A program made the position numbers and the translations under genes. Below the pieces are notes generated by a model. That model made no database searches and was not told the DNA's origin. It saw nothing but the letters and a program-made list of their open reading frames with translations. A stretch of DNA of 64,000 bases from Solirubrobacteraceae bacterium (GTDB lineage: Bacteria; Actinomycetota; Thermoleophilia; Solirubrobacterales; Solirubrobacteraceae): the NCBI GenBank assembly GCA_039583645.1, contig JAVKSP010000001.1:12360-76359 (forward strand), read 5' to 3'. Positions 38,584-47,257 of the stretch are shown here, in pieces. The number at the start of each line of letters is the position of its first letter. The stretch's first letter is position 1.

Positions 38584-39093
38584 ATGAACGTCGAAGAGGC
38601 TATTCGAGGAAGGCGGACCCACAAGGTCTTCGCTTCCGAGCCGCTTCCGCGCTCGCTCCTGGATGAGCTGCTGGAGCTCGCGCGGTGGGCGCCGAACCAC
38701 CATCTCACGAACCCGTGGCGTTTCCGCGTGCTGGGCCGTGGCGCGCTGCAGCGGGTTAAGCAAGCCGCCGGGCCCGGAGCCGCCGCGAAGCTCGACCGCG
38801 CCCCCACGCTAGTCGCTGTCACTCAGGTGCGCTCGGACGATCCGGTCCAAGATGAAGAGGACCTTTGCGCCACCGCCTGCGCCGCCTACGCGCTTCTGCT
38901 CGGCGCCCACGGGCGCGGGCTGGCGGGCTATTGGCGAACGCCCTACGTGCTGCGGACACAGGAAGGTCGCGACGCCTTAGGAATCAGCGACGACGAGCGA
39001 TTCGTCGCGCTCATCCACCTCGGCTGGCCACGCCAGGAGAAAGCGCCGCTCGAGCGCGCTCCCTGCAGCGACATCGTCAGCTACCTCGACTAG
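38584..39093 (+). CDS. Nitroreductase family protein
   Basis: AIRGRRTHK, ARWAPNHHLTNPWRF, LLGAHGRGLAGYWRT. Confidence 0.92.
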   Translation: MNVEEAIRGRRTHKVFASEPLPRSLLDELLELARWAPNHHLTNPWRFRVLGRGALQRVKQAAGPGAAAKLDRAPTLVAVTQVRSDDPVQDEEDLCATACAAYALLLGAHGRGLAGYWRTPYVLRTQEGRDALGISDDERFVALIHLGWPRQEKAPLERAPCSDIVSYLD

Positions 39094-39192
39094 CGAGAGG
39101 GCGGCGCGACACCGAGGCGGACACGGCTGATTTCGAGTCGCGCCACCCTGCCCGACTGCACAACCGGACCCGGCTCCCAATGTGCCGCACCC

Positions 39193-39247
39193 GTCGCGTT
39201 GCAACCGTCCGTTTGACTGCGGCGCGTGCGCGGAAAGCAAGCGTCCG
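39193..39247 (+). repeat. Bipartite A-26-B element (intact twin of the IS110 target)
   Basis: A=GTCGCGTTGCAACCG, 26-bp spacer, B=AAAGCAAGCGTCCG; 39222-39247 is the exact reverse complement of the reconstructed empty IS110 site. Confidence 0.85.
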
Positions 39248-39398
39248 AAGGCACGCTGGCCCGCGACGAGTCCTCTCGTGGCCCGGATGGCTGACTACCC
39301 CATTTCGTCAGATACACGTGCCGCCCTGAGACTGGTGCTGGTCGATCGAAGCGGTACTCCGTGATCGTGGCTTTGCGGCTGTTCGCCGCGCCCTTGGG

Positions 39399-39578
39399 TC
39401 AGTGGCGCTTGAAGTAGGTGCTGAACGTCTTGCCGTTGCCGGAGAGCGGGCCTGTTTTGACTTCGAGCCTTCCGTGCGGGGTCCGCGGTCGTTGAGGACA
39501 AGGCTCAAGGTGCCGCCGAAGGACCCCAGGGGGTGTCCGTCGACCTGCGTACCCGCCTAGATCGGTGTCCCGAAGTCC
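39399..39578 (-). pseudogene. 3' remnant of a peptidase G1-like paralog
   Basis: DFGTPI*AGTQVDGHPLG...NDRG, then a frameshift, then PHGRLEVKTGPLSGNGKTFSTYFKRH* aligns with the C-terminus of 28358-29122. Confidence 0.8.
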
Positions 39579-39656
39579 CTTCGGCTCAGCCCGCGAATGT
39601 TTGTAGCTTGCGGGCGATGACCGGCGATTTGGGCAGGCGCAACGGGCAGCTGCGCA

Positions 39657-40124
39657 TTGGCGGCAGGAGGAGAACTATTCGTCCCAGCCGGCTTTCCGGG
39701 CGAGCGCGCGTGCGAAGCGTTCGGCGTCGTCCCCTGGGCTGCCGTAGTCATCGAGGCGACCAGAGACTTCGAGCCAATCGTCCCGGCGGCGAAGGCGAAA
39801 CCTCCAGATAGTCCGCTTCCCGGGCAGAACGCTCCGGGCGTCGAATTCACCGCGGCGGTATTCGACTTCAACCGGACAGGCGCGAACGCTCGACACTCGC
39901 ACCCGACGATCCTCTGGATCGAGATCAAACGTGAAAAGAACGTCGCCCGAAAGCAGGAGGACGCGAGGATCGGCTGTGTCTTCGACAGGAGCAACCTCGC
40001 CATCTTCGGGAACCATCGGCAAGAGTTCGTCGAGCTGGCGTCCGATGTCTTCACGGGCCTTGCCGTCAACGTTGAGCCCGAGCACTTGAAAGAGCTTCAA
40101 GCGGATGCGCTGCGCCATACGTGA
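39657..40124 (+). CDS. Hypothetical protein (start uncertain)
   Basis: High GC3 in this frame; preferred over the antisense ORF 39675-40136. Confidence 0.45.
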   Translation: MAAGGELFVPAGFPGERACEAFGVVPWAAVVIEATRDFEPIVPAAKAKPPDSPLPGQNAPGVEFTAAVFDFNRTGANARHSHPTILWIEIKREKNVARKQEDARIGCVFDRSNLAIFGNHRQEFVELASDVFTGLAVNVEPEHLKELQADALRHT

Positions 40125-40254
40125 GGCTGGCTCCACCGTGGGTGCGAATGTACAAGAGGCGCGGTTCGGCCTTCCGACGGGGCGAACCCGGAGCTGCGGG
40201 ACGACCTGTCAACGCACAACGCGGGGCCGCCCGAGACAGTCGGTCCGGGCGCTG

Positions 40255-40399
40255 CTTGCAGCGGCGTCCTCGCCTCGATCGGGCCAACGCGAGGCTGCTG
40301 GGTCTGGAACGATCTCCACAGCCTTCGCCAGCCGGCGTGGGCGCTCATGCCACAGGTCGCCGTACGCAGGGTCTGACGCCGCCGGTGGCGCCTGGTCTC
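40255..40399 (+). repeat. Long leader block (L), copy 2 of 3
   Basis: GCAGCGGCGTCCTCGCCTCGATCGGGCCAACGCGAGG...CATGCCAC; ends directly at Box A 40400. Confidence 0.85.
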
Positions 40400-40458
40400 G
40401 TCGCGAAGCGAGCGCCTCCAGTAGGACAAGCCTGGACATGAAAGCGAGCGTCCGCGAG
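40400..40458 (+). repeat. Bipartite A-26-B element (consensus copy)
   Basis: GTCGCGAAGCGAGCG, N26, AAAGCGAGCGTCCGCGAG. Confidence 0.92.
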
Positions 40459-40487
40459 CGTGCGTTTGGCCGCGCGCTGCGCTCGGG

Positions 40488-41144
40488 CTAGTCGGGCTTG
40501 TCGGAGGACGGACCCTGAGAGAAGGCCTGTCTCGATGAGGACCAGAGCGACTGCTCGCCGGCCGGAGGCTCGTCAGGAAACACTGCGACGGCCCGTGCGG
40601 CGGCATCGACCAGCTGCTGGGCATCCGTTTCGACGCGACTGAGCGCAATACCAGCCGCCGGCCATTCGCACACAAAGGCGAGCGGCCCAGCGGGCGGGAG
40701 TGGCCATACCCAGAAATCCTGACGCCAACGACCGCCGCCGCCACCACCTCCCATTGACCACAGCACTGGCTCCTCCGGCTCTCCCGCTCCCGTTCCATGC
40801 CCGCCGACATTAGTCGCCTTGCGCCGGTCGGAGAACTCGACGCCGAACTTCAGCATCTCCTCATAGTTCGAGCCTCTGCCCGGGAAGTGGTGAGGACCAT
40901 TGAGTGACGGGTCCAGGTCTTCCGCGTCAGCCAAAAGAACCCGAACCTCGAGCTCAAATCCTGTGGGGTATGCCGAGCAACGGCCAACGAACACCGCCGC
41001 CTTCGCGTTGCTGGCGATCACCAGCTCGACCGGCGCGACGCCCGGCAGCATGCCGTATGGCGGCCCCGTCCACGGAGGCGACGGCGGCCGCGGACGCGGT
41101 TCCTCTGAAGGCCGAGGGGGACGAGCAAAGAAATCGCTCGACAT
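40488..41144 (-). CDS. Hypothetical protein
   Basis: ATG 41144; AYPTGFEL, FGVEFSD, GGGGG..W...FWVWPLPPAGPLAFVCEWP. Confidence 0.72.
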   Translation of the reverse strand: MSSDFFARPPRPSEEPRPRPPSPPWTGPPYGMLPGVAPVELVIASNAKAAVFVGRCSAYPTGFELEVRVLLADAEDLDPSLNGPHHFPGRGSNYEEMLKFGVEFSDRRKATNVGGHGTGAGEPEEPVLWSMGGGGGGGRWRQDFWVWPLPPAGPLAFVCEWPAAGIALSRVETDAQQLVDAAARAVAVFPDEPPAGEQSLWSSSRQAFSQGPSSDKPD

Positions 41145-41223
41145 GCCACGACGATACAGCGCGCAGACAGCGCTGCTGCCCGGATCGGCCTCCGGCACCG
41201 CGACTCGGCGCAATAGCGGTTCC

Positions 41224-41275
41224 GTCGCAAGCAGGCGCGCGCTCGACGGCTGAACCGCTGGCGAAAGCAACCGCC
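41224..41275 (+). repeat. Bipartite element (14-nt A), 26-bp spacer
   Basis: A=GTCGCAAGCAGGCG, B=AAAGCAACCGCC. Confidence 0.62.
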
Positions 41276-41435
41276 CCAGATCCGCCTGAGTCGCTGCTCG
41301 CCGAGCATCGATCGTCGCCAATCGGACAGTAGCGTCGGCGTCGAAGCAGACCGTCTGTAACGCTGGGTTGCTTCGTGACAGAACCCGTGTAATGGAGGAT
41401 GCTGACGCGCGCTTCCGGGTTGTGTCCCAGCGGTA

Positions 41436-42146
41436 TTAGGACACACAGCGGACGAGTTGACTGCGCAACTGCGGAGCGGGGGCCCGTAGCCAGAGTACCG
41501 TCACAGCTCCCAGCCGTTGTACCTGCCCGCCCAGGCGTTTGGCGTTGCGCGCGACATATGGCTCACGCTGTTGGGCTTGGCGGGCGTTGGCATAGAAGCC
41601 GACGAAGGCGGTGATGGCGCCAGTCCTGTGGTTGGCGACGATGAGTTCTCCGGCGGGGCTCTTTCCAGCATTCGCACTCGGCGTCGGGACCGCTCCGCCG
41701 TGCACCTTGAGGCCGTCTTCGAGTAGGCATTGGCGCGCGGCGACAATCCCAGCCAGCACCGGCGGGGCGCTCGCTGCGGGCCTGGAGGATGGCAGCGAGG
41801 TACATGTCCGCGAGTGGAAGATGTCGCCCACCGTCGGATGCGACAGCGCAAACCCTTGAGCGCACAGAAACCGTCGTCCGTCACTCAAAACGAAGGTGCA
41901 CGAGCTGTGGGACGAAGCGCTCCCAGTACTGCCGCTCGCGGAACAGCTCGACGAGATGATCTGCAGGCCGGATTCGAACACGCCGGCAGCAGCAAGGGAA
42001 GGCCCCGCTACGACCACAGCGGCGAAGGCGACAATCAGGACACGGCGATGGCCTCGCCCGAGGCGCAGATACCACGGCAGGTGGGCCTGATGGCGAGCAG
42101 CGGCTCGCAGACCCCGCTCGACGTCTTCAAAGTAAGTGCTCCTCAT
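41436..42146 (-). CDS. Putative anti-sigma membrane protein
   Basis: Overlaps the ECF stop by 4 nt; YFEDVERGLRAAA N-terminus followed by a TM segment. Confidence 0.7.
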   Translation of the reverse strand: MRSTYFEDVERGLRAAARHQAHLPWYLRLGRGHRRVLIVAFAAVVVAGPSLAAAGVFESGLQIISSSCSASGSTGSASSHSSCTFVLSDGRRFLCAQGFALSHPTVGDIFHSRTCTSLPSSRPAASAPPVLAGIVAARQCLLEDGLKVHGGAVPTPSANAGKSPAGELIVANHRTGAITAFVGFYANARQAQQREPYVARNAKRLGGQVQRLGAVTVLWLRAPAPQLRSQLVRCVS

Positions 42147-42700
42147 CGCTCCTCCACCTTTGCTCTCAGGTTCTTCAGACCACGACTAACGCGCTGACGA
42201 ACGACCGATTCCGAGCATGCGAGCTCCGATGCAATCTCGTCGTAGGGCCGCTCGTCGATGACCCTGCTGACGATGGCGTTGCGTTGATCCTCCGGAAGCT
42301 CGGCAATCCGCGTGAGGACCCCGTCGTCCAGGCTGACGAGGTCCTCCACCCGCTCAAGGTCCGCGTCCGTAATCGCCAAGCGTTCCAAGCCAAGACGCTG
42401 CCGGGCAGCATTCTCAACGCGTCCGCGCCTGCGACTCTCACTGAGCTTGTTCCGCGCGATCCCCAGCAGCCATGCGAGCACCGACCCGCGCTCCGGGTGA
42501 TAGCGTCGCGCCGCGATCAAGGCCGCTGCGAACACCTCAGCCGAGAGATCGCTAGCCAGCTCTCGGTTGCGCGTCTCTCGCAGGCACCACCGCAACACCA
42601 CCGGCAAATACCGGCGATAAACGACCGCGAACGCCGCATCGTCACCCCTGGCCACCTCGGCCAGTAGCTCGCCTTCGGAACGATCAGCTACACCAGCCAC
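42143..42700 (-). CDS. ECF RNA polymerase sigma factor
   Basis: AFAVVYRRY, ASDLSAEVF, LAWLLGIARN, PYDEIASELACSESVVRQRVSRGL. Confidence 0.93.
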   Translation of the reverse strand: MAGVADRSEGELLAEVARGDDAAFAVVYRRYLPVVLRWCLRETRNRELASDLSAEVFAAALIAARRYHPERGSVLAWLLGIARNKLSESRRRGRVENAARQRLGLERLAITDADLERVEDLVSLDDGVLTRIAELPEDQRNAIVSRVIDERPYDEIASELACSESVVRQRVSRGLKNLRAKVEER

Positions 42701-43097
42701 CTAACAGAGATTGACGGAAGCCGATTCCTTGTGACAGCAGCCGAGTGGCCCTGCAGGTACCAGGCCGGCAAGGCTCATTCGCGAAACCACACCGCCAAGG
42801 GAAGACAAGCTGCCACGGATGTCAGCGAGTGCTTCGACTGGTACCCGAGTCAGACGATCACACACCGCGACCGCACCCAGGACCACGACCTGCCACCCAA
42901 GCGCCTTACCGGCATCCACTGCTAACCGTCGTAAACCCCGTAGGCACGAAGCGGACAGGCAAAGGGAAGTGAAGCGACGTTAACACCCCATCGCCGACGC
43001 CGTCACCCAAAAGGCCGGGGCACGAACGCACGAGACGGCAGCCAAGCAGGCACCCGCGCAATAGTCGTGACATGGGGTTCTGACTGCTGTCGCTCGC

Positions 43098-43150
43098 GTC
43101 GCGAAGCAAGCGTCACCATCCTGTCCCTGAGAGAAGGAAAGCGAGCGTCG
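43098..43150 (+). repeat. Bipartite A-25-B element
   Basis: A=GTCGCGAAGCAAGCG, 25-bp spacer, B=AAAGCGAGCGTCG. Confidence 0.88.
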
Positions 43151-43282
43151 CGCTCTCCGCGCATACGGGGGCTCGCACTGCTGGCGCCGAAAGGCGGGGC
43201 GCTCCCCTGCTTGACCGCGTAAAGGACTGGCGCGATCCTCGCTGCTTGCTGTTCACAAGCCCTGGCGGCTATCCCGTCAGCC

Positions 43283-43560
43283 ATGCCAATTTCCACGAGC
43301 GGGCGTGGCAGCCGACTATCCCGACGCCTATGGCCGAAGCCGCATCGCCTTCACGCGCTGAGGTTCCACGACCTCCGGCACTGCGCAGCCGCCTACACCA
43401 TTGACGCGAGCGGCGCCACCGAGGTGAGCTTGGTGCTTGTGATGAAGCGGCTCGGGCATCGCAACATCGCGACCACCGTCGATGTGTACGGTCACCTGCT
43501 CGCGCACGCGGACAAGACCGTGCCGACGCGCTCAGCGACATGTCAGAGCAGGGTCACCCG
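43283..43560 (+). pseudogene. Tyrosine recombinase/integrase C-terminal remnant
   Basis: LRFHDLRHCAA...RLGHRNIATTVDVYGHLL (box II H-x-x-R, H, Y); flanking NFHERAWQP and ADALSDM segments are in other frames; no N-terminus seen. Confidence 0.82.
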
Positions 43561-43641
43561 GCTAACGCCGACCGGCTAGCGTCAAGTGCGCGCATAGATA
43601 AAGAAGCTAGGAATCTGCGCGGTAACCTACTCCGTGGTCCA

Positions 43642-44022
43642 ATGTCTGCTCAGCAGCCGACTCCGCGAGGCGGACCGCGAAATCGAGGGCTGATCATCGG
43701 CGGGTTGCTCGCCGCGATCGCGGTGGCAATCGTCGTTGTTGCCCTCGTGGTCAGCGCGAGCGGGCATCTCAGTGATCAACAAGTCGCCAGCTGTGTGCAG
43801 AGCCAGCTAAACGGCGGTGTCCCTGTGCTCGACGGCTGTGGCACCGCTGCAGCGGCAAAGGACGCTAACGCCAAACGCTTCAACCAAGGCGTCTCCAACG
43901 TCACCTGCCACTACCAGCAGGGAGATACCTATCTGTGCACGACTGGCGCGGGCACGACATATTCCGTTGCTTACGACGGGGGGAACTCGATTTACATGCA
44001 GCTTGCGCGCAGGCGCCCGTAG
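43642..44022 (+). CDS. Membrane-anchored small Cys-containing protein
   Basis: ATG 43642; TM LIIGGLLAAIAVAIVVVALVV; four Cys. Confidence 0.7.
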   Translation: MSAQQPTPRGGPRNRGLIIGGLLAAIAVAIVVVALVVSASGHLSDQQVASCVQSQLNGGVPVLDGCGTAAAAKDANAKRFNQGVSNVTCHYQQGDTYLCTTGAGTTYSVAYDGGNSIYMQLARRRP

Positions 44023-44250
44023 GCGCGGCGTAGGCATACCGCATGGTGCGTGGGCCAGTCGTCAGCGCCGACGGTGCCATCCCGCCCCGCGACCATCGGA
44101 CCACGTGACCGATCAGCTAGCCACGGTCGCGCGGTAGTTGCGTCTCAATGTTGCGAGAGCGTGGCTCGGTAGGCGACGAGGTCGAACGCCTCCGTGGCCA
44201 CGTCGTGTTCCTGCCCAACTGACGACCCTCACACGCTGGAACGTGCGTTC

Positions 44251-44309
44251 GTCGCGAAGCGAGCGTCCCGAGGGCTGCCGATTAGAAGGCCAAAGCGAGC
44301 GTCCGCGAG
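44251..44309 (+). repeat. Bipartite A-26-B element (consensus copy)
   Basis: GTCGCGAAGCGAGCG, N26, AAAGCGAGCGTCCGCGAG; boxes identical to the 40400 copy but spacer unrelated. Confidence 0.92.
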
Positions 44310-44388
44310 AGCGCTGCACCCCACCAGAAGGGAGCTGCGTACCGTCGTGACCGCCGACTGCTGGATGTAAGCCTTTGTGGAAGCGCAG

Positions 44389-44988
44389 CTAGGGAAACCC
44401 GATGGAGAAATCGCTCTTGGTCGATTGATGCGCTCTCACCACGATGGTCTTCGTCAGCGAGCCGCCTTTCTCGAACCTCAGCACCAATGTGTACCGGCCA
44501 GGAGCGAGGAGAAATGAGTAGCGGCTCTTCACCAGTCGCCGCGTGGCCACCACTCGGCTGCGCGCGTCGCGAGCGAAAACAGTTCCCGCTATCCCGCCGC
44601 ATATGTTGGCTGGGCCACCACACGATCTCCCTGTCCCAAACACCCGAGCATCACCAACCATGCCGGAGCCGTGAAAGACGCAGGTGACATCGGCTCGGCT
44701 AATCCTGCCCGCTTGAACGCGCACCATTTGCCTACACGCCCGAGACGTCAAGAGCATGTAGGAGCCGGGCGCGAGTCGAAAGTGAAATCGCTCGCCCCGC
44801 TGCATTTGAGCATGTGCGACGACATGGCCGCGTTGCACCACCTGCACCAATCCGGGCTGGTACCCGGGGCTATACGAGCGGCCGCGATAGACGATGCCGC
44901 CTACCACGGTTCCCGTGTTTGAGCCACCGCACCCCGCTAGCACTGCCGCTACCACCAGACCGCCGAGCACGGGGGGCATTCGTCGCAT
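44389..44988 (-). CDS. Lipoprotein with two prealbumin-like beta domains
   Basis: VLAGC lipobox; FRLAPGSY and FLLAPGRY repeats; GGAGG SD. Confidence 0.75.
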   Translation of the reverse strand: MRRMPPVLGGLVVAAVLAGCGGSNTGTVVGGIVYRGRSYSPGYQPGLVQVVQRGHVVAHAQMQRGERFHFRLAPGSYMLLTSRACRQMVRVQAGRISRADVTCVFHGSGMVGDARVFGTGRSCGGPANICGGIAGTVFARDARSRVVATRRLVKSRYSFLLAPGRYTLVLRFEKGGSLTKTIVVRAHQSTKSDFSIGFP

Positions 44989-45092
44989 GTGGAATGACCT
45001 CCCTTGCGTTCAGGCTACGCCCACGCACGCGTCTCGTCACGCGCCCGGGCCCACGCGGCTATCGCGGGGTCAGCACGATCGAAAGCGGCAAG

Positions 45093-45593
45093 CTAGCGGC
45101 GTCTAACCGTCCAGCCGGCCCGGTTCCACCGCAGGCTCCAGTACGTGAATCCGTCCGGGCAACACAGCGGATCACCGCGGTCGTAATCCGGTCGCTTTTC
45201 GATCAATGTCCTGTGCTTCAACGTAAGCCGGTAGACAAGCGGCTTCCAACTGGAGTAGCTCAGATACCACCGGCCATGTCTCGGACGCAAGATCGCCAGC
45301 GGCGTTGGTGCTCCTGTCGTACAACAGCCAAAGAGCACAGTCATGTCACTGCCACCAGCTCCGGCTACATCGTGGCAATAGAGGTTGGTGATCGCCCAAG
45401 GGGTCGAGTGGGGGACCTCCACCATCTTTTGCCCCAGCGAGGTAGACGAGACCGCGTTAATGGCCGCATGCTGATCACACGCCGGACCCGACGCTGACGC
45501 CTGCGCACCTTGAGTCACAACGACAACTCCGCTCCCAGCGGCCATCATGACGCCCAGAGCGGTGAAGCTAGCGATTAGCCCGTGTCGGCGCAT
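45093..45593 (-). CDS. Secreted protein with DPLCCP motif (LppP/LprE-like)
   Basis: Signal peptide; YDRGDPLCCPDG...LRWN. Confidence 0.65.
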   Translation of the reverse strand: MRRHGLIASFTALGVMMAAGSGVVVVTQGAQASASGPACDQHAAINAVSSTSLGQKMVEVPHSTPWAITNLYCHDVAGAGGSDMTVLFGCCTTGAPTPLAILRPRHGRWYLSYSSWKPLVYRLTLKHRTLIEKRPDYDRGDPLCCPDGFTYWSLRWNRAGWTVRRR

Positions 45594-45695
45594 CTCTTCG
45601 CCCGAATCCCAGTGTATGCCGCCTGCCTAGTGCCTGAGTGCCCGGCGCACCAAGGGCGGGATCTGCCGCAGAATCGTCGACTAGATGCTTCGTGC

Positions 45696-45745
45696 GTCGC
45701 AAAGCGCGCGCAGCGCCTAGGAGATCGTGGGAGGAAAGCGAGCGT
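45696..45745 (+). repeat. Bipartite A-24-B element
   Basis: A=GTCGCAAAGCGCGCG, 24-bp spacer, B=AAAGCGAGCGT. Confidence 0.8.
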
Positions 45746-45774
45746 GAGTTCGTTACGGGCGCCACACTCAGCTT

Positions 45775-46281
45775 GTGGTCACGGTCCGGACGGCAGAGCC
45801 CACCGACGCGCTTGAAGTTGCGAGGGTGCATGTCCGATCGTGGCAGCAGGGGTACCGCGGGCTGCTGCCTGACGAGTACCTGGAGGGGTTGCGACCTGAG
45901 GATCGCGCCGCGCGCTACACCTTGGGCCGGCCTGTAGGCGACGGGCCCGAGACTGTCGTCGCGCTCGAGGGGCACACGATCCGTGGGTTCGCGACGATCG
46001 GCGGCTGCGAGGACGCGAGCGAGCGAGGGGGCGAGCTACTGGCGCTCTATGTCGATCCCGGCCACTGGGGTCGCGGCATCGGTCAGCGGCTGATGACTGA
46101 GTCCCGCCATCGGCTCATGCTGAAGGGCTTTTGCGAGGCGATCCTTTGGGTTCTCGTTGGCAACGAGCGGGCGCAGCGTTTCTACCGTGCCGACGGATGG
46201 ATACCCGACGGCGGGAGACGCCAACACGAGCTATGGGGCGTGACAGTGGAGGAAAGCCGCTACCGCCGCGCGCGGCTCTGA
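45775..46281 (+). CDS. GNAT family N-acetyltransferase
   Basis: VHVRSWQQGY, ELLALYVDPGHWGRGIGQRLM, LWVLVGNERAQRFY..GW. Confidence 0.93.
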   Translation: MVTVRTAEPTDALEVARVHVRSWQQGYRGLLPDEYLEGLRPEDRAARYTLGRPVGDGPETVVALEGHTIRGFATIGGCEDASERGGELLALYVDPGHWGRGIGQRLMTESRHRLMLKGFCEAILWVLVGNERAQRFYRADGWIPDGGRRQHELWGVTVEESRYRRARL

Positions 46282-46425
46282 GTCAGGCGCTGCCACGATC
46301 GATTGAGATCAGGCTGCCCCGCGTGGGGAGCACTGGCTCGCGTCTCAAGCAGGAGGCGAGCGATGGCAGCGGGGCTAGCGCGGCGCTCGCTAGCTGCCGT
46401 GGCTTAGCGGATCTAGGATCAGGCG

Positions 46426-47070
46426 ATGGGCGCTTGGCTGTTTGACTTGGATGGGGTGTTGGTCAATTCAGTCGCTGCCTATAGCTCGGCGTGGAGGCGT
46501 TGGGCAAAGGAGCGCGGGATCTCTGAGTCGGCGATCTGGGTGGACGCGCACGGCAAGCGTCCGGAGGACATCATCGGTCGTGTAACGTCGGGATCTGATC
46601 TCGAGTCTGGGCTGCGGGCGTTTGATGAGGCCCTCGCGGCTGCAGCCGCCGCCTGCAAGCCGATGCCGGACGCCGTTGAATGCCTCGCCACGCTCGACCC
46701 GGGCAGCTGGGCGATCGTCACATCGGGCAGACGAGGCCATGTTCGCGCCTGCCTTCAGCACTGCGGGCTGCCGGTGCCGCGGGTGCTGGTCTGCGGCGAT
46801 GAGGTATCGCGTGGCAAGCCCGATCCAGAGTGCTATTTGGCTGCAGCAGCCGGGTTGGCTGTCGAGCCCGCTGCATGCGCGGTGGTTGAGGACGCGCCGG
46901 TGGGGATCGATGCGGCGCACGCAGCTGGCATGCGCGCGATCGCGATCACGAATACGCACAGCGCAAGCGAGCTCCTTGCCGCGGACGAGATCTACAGCTC
47001 CCTTCGCGACCTCACGGCGAGTCTTCACGGAGACCGTGCTTACTCCCATCGATCGCATCGATCGGCGTGA
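46426..47070 (+). CDS. HAD-superfamily phosphatase (likely leaderless)
   Basis: FDLDGVLVNS, VTSG, KPDPECY, VEDAPVG; TAGGAT lies 6 nt before the ATG. Confidence 0.93.
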   Translation: MGAWLFDLDGVLVNSVAAYSSAWRRWAKERGISESAIWVDAHGKRPEDIIGRVTSGSDLESGLRAFDEALAAAAAACKPMPDAVECLATLDPGSWAIVTSGRRGHVRACLQHCGLPVPRVLVCGDEVSRGKPDPECYLAAAAGLAVEPAACAVVEDAPVGIDAAHAAGMRAIAITNTHSASELLAADEIYSSLRDLTASLHGDRAYSHRSHRSA

Positions 47071-47152
47071 GGCGCGCGACCCAGCGCAGGGCCTGCCGTC
47101 GCATCGTGGATGATCCATCCCGCTCGAGCCGAAGCTCTGGCCACGCGCTCGC

Positions 47153-47203
47153 GTCGCAAAGGAGTCGTCCGCTCGGCCGCCAGGGAACCAGATCGAGCGT
47201 CCG
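47153..47203 (+). repeat. Bipartite element, 22-bp spacer
   Basis: A=GTCGCAAAGGAGTCG plus TCCGCTC (22-nt near identity with the 24362 copy), B=AGATCGAGCGTCCG. Confidence 0.7.
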
Positions 47204-47257
47204 GAATGGGGGAATCAGGCTAGATGCTGGAGGGCTCGGCGAGGAGCAGCGGTCCGT

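Noticed and set aside
39557-39582. CTAG plus GTGTCCCGAAGTCC as an IS5-type end
   Set aside because: Its reverse complement encodes DFGT of the G1-like remnant and matches the coding sequence near 28943-28955.
42720-43090. Possible gene or IS remnant upstream of the ECF gene
   Set aside because: Short ORFs on both strands with no recognisable motif or terminal repeats.
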